From assembly GCA_046331705.1 (NCBI GenBank), contig JAXLQJ010000072.1, forward strand, positions 1 to 33,051: a stretch of DNA of 33,051 bases, read 5' to 3'. The notes under the pieces were generated by a model. That model was not told the DNA's origin. It ran no database searches and worked only from the letters and a program-made list of their open reading frames with translations. Every line of letters starts with the position of its first letter. The first letter of the stretch is position 1. Shown here one piece after another: positions 20,402 to 29,195 of the stretch. This stretch comes from a bacterium (GTDB lineage Bacteria > JADJOY01). The translations under genes and the position numbers were made by a program.

Positions 20402-22301
20402 ATGACCGATTCACCGCTCGCAGCGCCAGCCACGTCCGAGCTTCATCGCGCGATTCTCGAGCGTCTCTCGGTGGGCGTGGCGGTGGTCCGGCCGAGCGAC
20501 GGCTGCATCCTCTACACCAACGCCGCCTTCGCGCGGATGTTGGGCTACGAGGGCGGCGAGCTGGCGGGGCAGCCGGTCAGCATCCTCAACGCGCCGGTGG
20601 AAACCAGCCCCGAGGCGCGCGCCCAGGAGATCATGACCGTGCTGCGCGAGCGCGGGACGTGGTCGGGCGAGGTCCCCAACCGGCACAAGAGCGGCGCCGT
20701 GGTGTGGTGCCGCGCCGCCGTCCGGACCGTGGACGATCCGGCCTGGGGGACGGTGTGGCTGAGCGAGCACGTCGACGTCTCCGAGGAACGGCGCATCGCC
20801 GACGCGTTGACCGAGAGCGAGGCGCGCCTCCAATCGATCGTCGACAACACCACCGCCGTCATCTACGTGAAGGACCTGAACGGCCGCTACGTGGTGGTGA
20901 ATCGCCGCTTCGAGGAGCTCTTCCACGTGTCGCGGGAGCTGGCCCAGGGCCGCACCGACCACGACATCTTCCCGGCGGCCGCCGCCGAGGTCTTCCGCGC
21001 CAACGACCTCGCCGTCGCGCGCTCGGGACAGCCGCTCGAGTTCGACGAGGTGGCGCCGCAGGACGATGGCGATCACAACTACATCTCGATCAAGTTCCCG
21101 CTGCTGCGCGCCACTGGCGAGGTCTACGCCACGTGCGGCATCTCGACCGACATCAGCGAGCGAACGCGCGCCCGCGAGGTCCTGCAGCGCGCCAACGAGC
21201 TCCTCGAGCAGCGCGTGGCGGATCGGACCGCCGAGCTGAGCGACGCCAACCAGCGCTTGCAGGACGAGATCGCCGAGCACCACCGCACCGAGGAGCGCAA
21301 CGCCCTGCTCATGAGCGAGCTCGACCACCGGGTGAAGAACGTGCTCGCCACGGTGGTGGCGCTCGCCGACGAAACCTTCGAGAAGACCGAGTCGCTCGAG
21401 ACCTTTCGCGCCACGTTCATGGGCCGGATTCGAACCATGGCCCGCAGCCACGAGGCGCTGGCGCGCGCCCAATGGCGCGGCGTGGACATCGCCGAGGCGG
21501 CGAGCCTGGTGCTCGCGCCGTTTCAGGCCGCGAGCCCGGGCCGGCTGCAGGTCGAGGGCGGTTCGGTGCGCCTGGAGCGCGACGGCAGCGCTGCCGATCT
21601 GCCTGGCACTCCACGAGCTCGGCACCAACGCCATCAAGTACGGCGCGCTCGGCGCGGCCAGCGGTCGGCTGCACGTCAGCTGGCGCACGGCGTCGAGCGG
21701 ACGGCTGGCGCTCGACTGGATCGAGCAAGGCGGACCGCCGGTCGCGACGCCGGCGAGCCTCGGCAGCGGACTGCAGATCGTGCGCGACCTTCTCGAGACC
21801 CAGCTCGGCGCCAGGGTGGCGATGCGATTCGCGCCCGATGGATTTCGCTGCCATCTGGAGATCCCGCTGCCCACGCAGCCGCGCAACGCGACCCCGGATC
21901 CCGGCATCAAGCTCGTGGAGCCGCCCCCGCCGGTATCGCTCGAAGGGCTCACGATCCTCGTGGTCGAGGACGATCGCCTGCAAGCCAACCTGCTGGCACG
22001 CTGGCTCAAGCGACTGGGTTGTCGCGTCGTCGGTCCCGCGCTCGGCACCGCCGACGCCATCCGCCTGGCGCGCGCGGAGCCCATCGACGCGGCGGTGCTC
22101 GACGTCGATCTCGCCGGACAATCGAGCGAGCCCGTTGCGGCGGCGCTGGAAGCAGCGCACGTGGGCTTCGTGTTCGTCACCGGCTACGGCGACGGCGGCG
22201 GGCTCGGCGCCCGCTTTCCGGCCGCGCCACGGCTGGTCAAGCCCATCGAGCCCGCAGACATCGAGGTCGCGCTGCGACGCGTGGTCCGGCGTCCCGGATG
22301 A
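20402..22301 (+). CDS. Hybrid HWE-family histidine kinase, PAS-PAS-HWE_HK-REC (frameshift near 21590)
   Basis: Two PAS/PAC domains; H box ELDHRVKN; HELGTNAIKYGAL; WIEQGGP; receiver domain VVEDD..LDVDL..VTGY..KP. Confidence 0.9.
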
Positions 22302-22627
22302 TCGCTCCCCTGCCGCCCCGCCGGCGGCGCGCACCCTCGAAACCGAAACACGCGACACGCGCGAGCGCGGCGGCGACCCCGCGGGATGAGCGACCGCGAA
22401 GCGCTACCTCGGCGCCGTTCGTGCGCTGAAGCCCGACCGCACCCCTCGGTGCGACACGACCGCACCACGTTGTCCCCGGCGGGAGCGACGCCTCGCTCGC
22501 CGGCGCTTCCTGTACGCGCTTGGAATCACAGGACTTCTTCGGCCACTGGCGCCCATGATGCGGCGCGCCAAAGCGACATGGCACAATGGTTCGATTCCCT
22601 CGTGTGCCGATGCGGCAGGAGCACTCC

Positions 22628-23725
22628 ATGGTGAGACCCAGCGCGGTGAAGTCCGTCCCCTTCGTGTTGTCGATGGTCGTCGGTGCAGGCTGCGTCGGGG
22701 CTCCCGTGAGCGGAGTCGTGTACGACGACACGAACCGAAGCTCGGTGTCGCAGTACGCGCAATCGATCGAGGCCGGGGACCTCCGGGTGGCCGGAGTCCC
22801 CGTGTCGCTGTTCGGTGCGAGCACCGAGGCAACCGCCATCTCCGACGTCAACGGCGCGGTCGCCTTCGCGCCCGCGACGGACGGCACCTATCTGCTCTCG
22901 CCAGACGTCGACGCGGGCATCGATTCCACGAGCAACAACGCGCCGAAGCGACTGCCGCAGGCGATCCGCGAGGGGCACGTCCACATGGTCCATTTCGGCG
23001 ACAGCCTCGGCGTGGTGGGCCCGTCGGAGCACTTCCCCGAGCGCCTGGCGGAACACTTGAGCGCCATCGTTCCGACCACGGTCGAGAACGTCGCCGTGGG
23101 CGGTAGCCAGACGTGGGATTGGCTGCCGGGAGGCGCGAGCGGATTCTTCGAGCACGCGCTCGCGCCGCGCCTCGCCGACGCCGACGTCGTGACCATCACG
23201 CTCGGCGGAAACGACCTGGACGTGTACCTGGGCAACCCGCCCGACTACGACCCCGCCCACATCCTGCAGCGCTTCCTCGAGAACCCCGAATACCTGCTCG
23301 AGATCTACCCGAACGTCGCGACCATCGTCGCGGCGATCCGTGACGCGAACGCGACCTGCGACATCGTCTACGTGATCTACCCGAACTACGCGAACAGCAC
23401 GGTCATGAAGGGGTACACGGGTGAGCTGCAGCCGCTCGCGTCGCTGGCGTTCGGTGCGGCGCTGTCGCTCAGCCGGCAGCTCGTCGCCGAGTACCCCGGG
23501 GTGGTCGTCGCCGACATGTATGGGGCGCTCGGCAACACCTGGCTCGACCCGTACCTGATCGACGAGGTGCACCTGAGCAGCGCCGGCCATCAGGCGTTCG
23601 CCGACGAGATCTTCCGAGCCCTCGGGGGAGTGGACGTCGTCGCCGGCGGGACGGCGCAGCGCCAGTTCGGCTTCGACGGCCTCACCGTGCCTGCCGACGA
23701 GGCGCGTAGCGCCGCGGCCGGCTGA
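22628..23725 (+). CDS. SGNH/GDSL hydrolase lipoprotein with an N-terminal SdrD-B-like beta domain
   Basis: ATG 22628 after AGGAG; lipobox GAGC; SGVVYDDTN; SGNH blocks FGDSL, NVAVGG, TLGGND, DEVH. Confidence 0.85.
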   Translation: MVRPSAVKSVPFVLSMVVGAGCVGAPVSGVVYDDTNRSSVSQYAQSIEAGDLRVAGVPVSLFGASTEATAISDVNGAVAFAPATDGTYLLSPDVDAGIDSTSNNAPKRLPQAIREGHVHMVHFGDSLGVVGPSEHFPERLAEHLSAIVPTTVENVAVGGSQTWDWLPGGASGFFEHALAPRLADADVVTITLGGNDLDVYLGNPPDYDPAHILQRFLENPEYLLEIYPNVATIVAAIRDANATCDIVYVIYPNYANSTVMKGYTGELQPLASLAFGAALSLSRQLVAEYPGVVVADMYGALGNTWLDPYLIDEVHLSSAGHQAFADEIFRALGGVDVVAGGTAQRQFGFDGLTVPADEARSAAAG

Positions 23726-23774
23726 GTCAACGCCAGCCCGGCGGGCGGGTGCGCCGAGCGGGCACCGCGGGCGA

Positions 23775-24566
23775 TCAGGGAGCCAGGCGTTCGGCGAAGA
23801 ACGCGAGCGTGCGGTCCAGCGCCGCGCGCGTCGGATGACCTTCGCGGTCGATCAGATCCTTGGTGAGCACCGAGTGAGCGATTCGCGGGATGCGGTGCGG
23901 ATTCCCCGGCCCCGAGTCGATCTCGATTCCCTCGAAGCCCGCGCCGAGCTCGCGGCGCAAGCTCGCGAAGCGCTCGCCTGGACACATGAAGTCGTGGGTG
24001 AAGCGCAGCCCGAGCACCGTGAGGCCTTCGTCGCGCACCCGGCGCTTGAGCGTCGCGAGGTTCTCGTCGCTCACGTGGAGCGCGGCGCGGTGCGAGCGTG
24101 TGAGCCCAACCGGCAGCGATGGCTGGCTCAAGACCGGCGCCATCACCCACGGATCGGCGACGAGCGTGAGCGCGAAATTGCCCGTGAGGCACATCCCCAC
24201 CGCGCCCACGCCCGGACCACCGCAGCGCTCGTGCACGTGCCGGCAGAGCGCGCGCAGCCATTCGGTGATTGGCGAAGCAGCGCGACGCGCGAGCATCGAG
24301 AACTCGGCCTGAATGCAGGCGTAACGGAGCGCGCGGCCCATGTCGCACGGCGTGTAGCGAACCCCGGGCTCGTTGAAGAGGCTCGGCAGGACGGCCGTGA
24401 AGCCGCGCGCGGCCACCCGCCGACCGAACTCCGCCACCTCGCGCGTGATCCCCGGCACCTCGTGGACGATCACGACACCCGGGCCCGACCCCTTCCAGAA
24501 GACGGGACGCGTCTTCCCCAGCGCGTCGAACTTCCGCTCCTCGAAGTCGGCAACGACCGGGTGCAT
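23775..24566 (-). CDS. Dienelactone hydrolase family alpha/beta hydrolase
   Basis: VHEVPGIT, nucleophile motif GMCLTG, RFTHD, AHSVLT. Confidence 0.88.
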   Translation of the reverse strand: MHPVVADFEERKFDALGKTRPVFWKGSGPGVVIVHEVPGITREVAEFGRRVAARGFTAVLPSLFNEPGVRYTPCDMGRALRYACIQAEFSMLARRAASPITEWLRALCRHVHERCGGPGVGAVGMCLTGNFALTLVADPWVMAPVLSQPSLPVGLTRSHRAALHVSDENLATLKRRVRDEGLTVLGLRFTHDFMCPGERFASLRRELGAGFEGIEIDSGPGNPHRIPRIAHSVLTKDLIDREGHPTRAALDRTLAFFAERLAP

Positions 24567-24887
24567 GGCTTCGGAACCCCGCATCCAAATCGAGATCGAT
24601 CCCGCCGCGACCCGCACCGGATCCCGATCCCCGCAGGCGCCGTCGAACGATCGCGCCGCACGCTATCCCGAGCGAAGACACGGAGTCGACAGGTCGGACG
24701 AGCAGGTCCGCCAGACGGATCGACGGACGGGTCCGACAGCGGATGCGGAGACGGGCGTCCGCCTGCACCGCGAAGACCCGGCCGCGTTCAACCCAGCACG
24801 GCCGCGATCGGATCCCTCGACGCTTCGGAGCCCCGGCCCAACCCACGCGCCGACGCGCTGCTAAGCGAACGATCTCCCGAAGCGACC

Positions 24888-24914
24888 TGGCGCGCGACGC
24901 GGGACTCGAACCGC
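24888..24914 (-). other. Degenerate tRNA 3'-end fragment (possible att-site relic), not a full tRNA
   Basis: The minus strand reads GCGG-TTCGAGT-CCCGC-GTCGCGC-G-CCA, i.e. T-arm, acceptor 3' strand and CCA. No D or anticodon arm upstream. Confidence 0.5.
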
Positions 24915-24959
24915 CAGCGGTGGACGCCAGAGAGCACGAAGTCAAGCGATTCCGCTATC

Positions 24960-25633
24960 CCGAGATCTCTGCCGTCGGGATCCGGGCGAGCCAGCCGAAC
25001 CAGTACTGGCACCTCGACGTCACGGTGATCCGGCTGCTCGATCGGACGCGGCTCTATCTGCACGCGGTGATCGACAACGACTCCCGCAAGATCCTTGCAT
25101 GGCGGCTCATGCCGCGGCTCGAGCCCGCCACCACATGTGAGCTACTCGTCGAGGCGGGTGCGCAACTGCCGCCCCTCGAGCCCGCGTCCTCGGACACGGC
25201 CTGTGAACCGGTCACGGTCGTCATGGACACCGGCGTCGAGAACGTGAATCGCGCCGTCGACGCCCTCATCGACACGCGCGCGCTGCGGCGCGTGCTTGCC
25301 CAGGTCGAGGTCGCCTACTCGAACTCGATGATCGAGGCGTGGTGGCGTTCCCTTCGACATCGCTGGTTGTATCTCCACGACCTCGCCACCGAAGCCGACG
25401 TCCGCCGGCTCGTCGCCTTCTACGTCACCGAGCACAACACGGTCATGCCGCACTACGCCTTCGATGGTCGCACCCCGAACGAGGCTTACCTCGGCCACGC
25501 ATCCGACCTGCCGGCCGAGCTTGCGCGGCGCCGGGCTGAGGCCCAACGCGATCGATTGCTTGCGAACCGGGCTACGCGGTGCGGTGCCTGCGAACCCGCC
25601 GCGCCCACGGCGCCCGGGCTTCCGCTTGCCTGA
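24960..25633 (+). pseudogene. 5'-truncated DDE transposase/integrase core (rve, IS3/IS481-like)
   Basis: GIRASQPNQYWHLDVT, AVIDNDSR, VMDTGVEN, NSMIEAWW, YVTEHN..PH....GRTP. No N-terminal HTH or credible start upstream. Confidence 0.8.
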
Positions 25634-26210
25634 ACCGATCCGCTTGCCACTCAGCTCCTCGTTCGCGCGTGTACGTAACGTCGTAACAGCGATGCGTCCC
25701 TGAACATCGATCGCGTGCCCCGGCAGCCCCGTGCCGTCGCCCCTGGTGGCGATCGAAGCTGCGTCTGTCTTCCCCATCCGTGGGCTGCACGAGCTGCTTC
25801 GGCCAACCCGGCCTCTCCGATAGCCGACGTGGCCACATCAATCGCCACGCGCCCTACCCCGACGAACGAGCGAACAGAAAAGTCACAGAAGTTCGTGCGC
25901 GTAGCTGGGATGCACGCCCCCGGGTCTGGGTTCCGTAGTGGGTCCAGAGGAGCTCACGAAGCCGATCCTGAGCCCCCAGACGTTCCCCAGCGCCCGTAGC
26001 GACGCACGCCAGATCGAGCGCGAGACTCGTTCAGCGCCGTGGAGTGCGGTTCGTTCGGGAGACTCGCGAGGTGGAGATCAGGACCCAGCCACCGGACGGC
26101 GGCCAGCGACGACGACAGCGCAAACGGTCATAGAAGGACTCGAATCGACCGATCGACCCGAGTGAGCGACGGCGAGTCTACTGCTGCACGGCGGAAGACG
26201 AGAGCCCGTT

Positions 26211-26624
26211 TCACCCGGAACGCTCGAACCAGTCCGCGAGCTCGAGCTTCGGAATGCGCCCAAAGTGGCGGACGTTGCGCGTGACCACGACGAGCTCGTG
26301 GGTCAGCGCCGTGGCCGCAATCAGCAAATCGAGGTCCGCCACGGTCCGCCCGGCTCTCGCCAGCTCGGAGCGAAGCGCACCGTAGCGAGACGCCACCGCC
26401 ACCTCGACCGGCAGCACGGGCACCCGTGGCAGCACGACGTCTTGGAGGTACGCGAGGTAACGCTCGCCATTGGGGATGCGCAGGGCCCCGAAGACGATTT
26501 CACCCACGCTGATTGACGAGATCGCAACCTCGGCCGCGTGTGCATCGAGCGTGCGCAGGAACCGCTCCGACGGTCGCCGCCGAACGGGCTCGCTCAGCGC
26601 ATCCGTATCGAGCAGGTACTTCAC
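26211..26624 (-). CDS. vapC: VapC PIN-domain toxin
   Basis: YLLDTDALSE, SVGEI, DLLIAATAL, VTRNVRHF. Start overlaps the antitoxin stop (ATGTGA). Confidence 0.93.
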   Translation of the reverse strand: MKYLLDTDALSEPVRRRPSERFLRTLDAHAAEVAISSISVGEIVFGALRIPNGERYLAYLQDVVLPRVPVLPVEVAVASRYGALRSELARAGRTVADLDLLIAATALTHELVVVTRNVRHFGRIPKLELADWFERSG

Positions 26625-26896
26625 ATCGGGGCGCGGCGGCGGGAGATCGTGCGGCGTTCCGGGATGAGATCGGCGAGGTCCGGTAACCCGGATGGGAGGC
26701 GCTTCGCGAACGCGCGGGCAGCGCGCACGAAGCCCGAGGCATCCTCGCCCCGCTCCACGCGAGCGAGGTCCTCGATTCCGACGATGGCCGCGATCGGCTT
26801 GCCGCGTCGGGTGATCTGGAAGCGCTCTCCCGCGTGCGCCCGACTGGCGAGCTCAGAAAGCGACGCCTTGGCTTCGGCAATGGGAACGTTCTTCAC
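26621..26896 (-). CDS. Phd/YefM family antitoxin (start GTG 26896, alternatively ATG 26923 or 26932)
   Basis: VKNVPIAEAKASLSELASRAHAGERFQITRRGKPIAAIV; GGAG about 10 nt before the GTG. Confidence 0.88.
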   Translation of the reverse strand: MKNVPIAEAKASLSELASRAHAGERFQITRRGKPIAAIVGIEDLARVERGEDASGFVRAARAFAKRLPSGLPDLADLIPERRTISRRRAPM

Positions 26897-26914
26897 GGCA
26901 ATGGGCTCCGTCGA

Positions 26915-26940
26915 ATGAGTCATTGTGACCATAACACGAT
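26915..26940 (-). promoter_or_regulatory. Putative promoter/operator of the TA operon
   Basis: AT-rich patch; the minus strand reads TGTTATGGTCACAATGACTCAT, a -10-like TATGGT overlapping the imperfect inverted repeat ATGGTCA..TGACTCAT. Confidence 0.4.
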
Positions 26941-27161
26941 GGGCTTCGTCGGGCGGGCGACGGCGTTGCGAGCGCCGACGCCACGAGGCGGCGGCGTGCT
27001 GCAACGGCGGTGACCGCCGAGCGCTTCTCGGTCGGGGGGCGGTGGGTGGGGGCGCGGCACCGCGCGGTGAAGAGAGACAGGAGTGCGTGGGTACCGGCGG
27101 GTGTCAAGATAGTTGCCGCGTGAATCGTTCTCACGGCGTGGCCGGCCTCACCCCGGCTTCC

Positions 27162-27311
27162 CCGGCACCGACCTTCGGCCGGTGCCGGTGCCCTTGCGTC
27201 CGATAAGCCGCGGCTTATCCGACGCTGCGGCGCAAGCCGGACCTCGGCCTTTGACGGAACGAACATTCCGTCAATCTGCCCCCGGTCGCTTCGGTGTTGC
27301 GACACCGAAGC
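27162..27311. repeat. Cluster of four strong palindromes/hairpins upstream of the RAYT gene (REP-like)
   Basis: 27162-27188 CCGGCACCG/CGGTGCCGG; 27196-27225 30-bp palindrome with one mismatched pair; 27251-27274 TTGACGGAA/TTCCGTCAA; 27288-27311 GCTTCGGTGT/ACACCGAAGC. Confidence 0.75.
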
Positions 27312-27630
27312 TCGGCAGCCACCTCCCGCCCACGGCTCCGCCCCGCGCGGCGCTCGCGCGAGCGAGACCATGCCGGCGGTCACCGGCGTTGCAACGCGGT
27401 GAACGGCAGACGCACCCGCAACGCCGGTGCCCGCCGGACGCTCCGCCCGCACGGTCGGGAGCCGCGCGCCCGCCGTCCGGTTCACGCGCGCTCGTCCTCT
27501 CGCCACCCGCCCCCAGCTCGGGCTCGCTTGCTGCGCCTCGGCGTTCACCCCGTGCGAACGCCGAGGCGCAGGGCGAGCTCGCGCGCAGTGAAAAGAAGAG
27601 CGATCCCGCGTCGCGCGCCACCGCGTGGCA

Positions 27631-27645
27631 CGGCACGGGCTGTGC
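27631..27645 (+). promoter_or_regulatory. Putative sigma54-type promoter of the RAYT gene
   Basis: CGGCACGGGCTGTGC with GG-N10-GC spacing, ending 16 bp before ATG 27662. No RBS, so the transcript may be near-leaderless. Confidence 0.45.
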
Positions 27646-27661
27646 CCTGCGTACTCGCGCC

Positions 27662-28585
27662 ATGCCGCGACCGATCCGTTGGCTCCAGCCGCGCACCCGC
27701 TGGTTCGTCACCTCGCGCACACTGGACGCCAAGTTCGCGTTCGTCCCCAACGTCGCCGTCAACCAATGCGTCGGATTCTGGTTCGGACGAGCGTTGAAGC
27801 GTTTTCCCGGAGTCCACGCACACGCGATCTACGTCGCTTCCAATCACCTGCACGCCTGCGTCACCGATCGAGACGGCTCGCTCTCGGCCTTCGTCGGATA
27901 CTTCCTCGGCCAGCTCGCCAAGGACGTCAACGCGCTCCGGGAGCGGCGCGGACCCATCTTCCATCGACGCTTCTCGGCCGAGCCCATCCTCGATGACGAC
28001 GCCGTCGCCGAGCGCATCGCCTACCTGGTCTGCAACCCGATTGACGATCGCTTGCTCGAAGACTGGCGCGAATGGCCAGGGATCTTGCTGTGGACGCAGT
28101 CCGACCAGCCCGAGACCTACCGGTTCCGCAGGCTCAACGAGACCGCGTACGACCTCGCCAAGGCCCACGCCGAGCGACAGGGGAAGAATATCAAGCAGGA
28201 GGACTACTTCGAGGAGGAGACCGTCACGATTTCCCCCGTCGACGATGGAGACGGAGGAGTCCTCGATCCGAACGCGATCGTGCGCGCCGTCGAGCGACGG
28301 GCGCAGGCGCTCCGCGAGCAGCATCGCGGCAAGCCGTATCTCGGAGTGAAGAAGATCCTCCGCCAGGACGCGAACGACGCACCGAAGCGATCCGACCACT
28401 CGCCGCGCCCGCTCTGCCACACGACACGGCTTGCGCTGTGGCAGGAGTTTCGGGAGCGCTGGCGCAGCCTCGTCGCCACCTACCGCGAGATCTCCGAGCG
28501 CTTCCGTCAGGGAGCGCTCCGCGCGCGGTTCCCCGCGTTCACCTTTCCGCCCTGGCGCCCCTTGATCGTGCCGTTGCAAACGTAG
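27662..28585 (+). CDS. REP-associated tyrosine transposase (RAYT-type HUH/Y1 transposase) with C-terminal extension
   Basis: MPRPIR..WFVTSRT, HUH motif SNHLH, RRGPIFHRRF, catalytic-Tyr motif AYLVCNP, EWPG; 307 aa. Confidence 0.88.
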   Translation: MPRPIRWLQPRTRWFVTSRTLDAKFAFVPNVAVNQCVGFWFGRALKRFPGVHAHAIYVASNHLHACVTDRDGSLSAFVGYFLGQLAKDVNALRERRGPIFHRRFSAEPILDDDAVAERIAYLVCNPIDDRLLEDWREWPGILLWTQSDQPETYRFRRLNETAYDLAKAHAERQGKNIKQEDYFEEETVTISPVDDGDGGVLDPNAIVRAVERRAQALREQHRGKPYLGVKKILRQDANDAPKRSDHSPRPLCHTTRLALWQEFRERWRSLVATYREISERFRQGALRARFPAFTFPPWRPLIVPLQT

Positions 28586-28588
28586 CGA

Positions 28589-28801
28589 CGTTCGCGACGT
28601 CGGATCGATCGAGCACGATCACCCCGTCGTGAACGGGAGCGGTGTGCGTCGCGTGCGCAGCGACGCTCGCCGCGATCGCTTTCGTCGGCTCGCTTGTCCG
28701 CAAACCCCTCGAAAACATGCTCACCGATGAGGTTGGCGCGGTCGGTCGAGACCGCGGGGCGCCCGTTCAACGCACGCAGTCAACAAGGTGGGTGGCACCC
28801 T
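28589..28801 (+). repeat. Direct repeat copy 1 (213 bp, structured, non-coding), starting 3 bp after the RAYT stop
   Basis: Aligns by hand with 28880-29093 at about 87% identity (about 27 differences); ends CAACAAGGTGGGTGGCACCCT. Confidence 0.92.
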
Positions 28802-28809
28802 TTCCCCGG

Positions 28810-28877
28810 GCCGAGCCCATCCTCGACGACGAGGCCGTGGCCGAACGAATCGCGTACCTCGTCTGCAATCCGATCGA
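28810..28877 (+). pseudogene. 68-bp fragment of a sister RAYT gene covering the catalytic-Tyr region
   Basis: Encodes AEPILDDEAVAERIAYLVCNPI. Matches 27977-28044 at 59/68, with all 9 differences at third codon positions. Confidence 0.9.
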
Positions 28878-28879
28878 GT

Positions 28880-29093
28880 CGTTCGCGACGTCGGCGCTTC
28901 CGAGCACGATCCCGAGGTCGTGAACGGGAAGAGGTGTGCGTCGCGTACGCAGCGACGCTCGTCGCGATCGCTTTCGTCGGCTCGCTGATCCGCGAACCCC
29001 TCGAAAACACGCTCATCGATGAGGTTGGCGCGGTCGGTCGAGACCACGCGGCACCCGTTAAACCCCCGCGTTCAACAAGGTGGATGGCACCCT
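28880..29093 (+). repeat. Direct repeat copy 2 (214 bp)
   Basis: Homologous to 28589-28801; ends CAACAAGGTGGATGGCACCCT. Confidence 0.92.
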
Positions 29094-29195
29094 GTGCTGC
29101 GCACCCGGCGCGCGTTGAATGCCCCGCTCCAACCAGGAGGGCGGTACCCCGGTCTGGGCGCGATTGCTTTTCAGATGGCGCCAAATTGCGAGCGG

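Noticed and set aside
24888-24965. Complete tRNA gene
   Set aside because: Only the T-arm and acceptor 3' strand are present; no D or anticodon arm, and no matching 5' acceptor strand.
25634-26210. Terminal inverted repeat of the DDE element
   Set aside because: AT-richer patches at 25670-25690 and 25875-25893 are suggestive, but no partner end can be found because the left part is missing.
27977-28877. Diversity-generating retroelement (TR/VR pair formed by the RAYT region and its 68-bp copy)
   Set aside because: The differences are not adenine-specific (T/C, C/G and others) but third-position, and there is no reverse transcriptase in the window.
28589-29093. CRISPR array
   Set aside because: Only two units, about 213 bp long and about 87% identical; no cas genes.
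29070-29120. Integron attC site downstream of DUF805 (minus strand ATTCAAC...GTTGAAC)
   Set aside because: Only 51 bp, the L boxes do not pair convincingly, and there is no integrase or second cassette.
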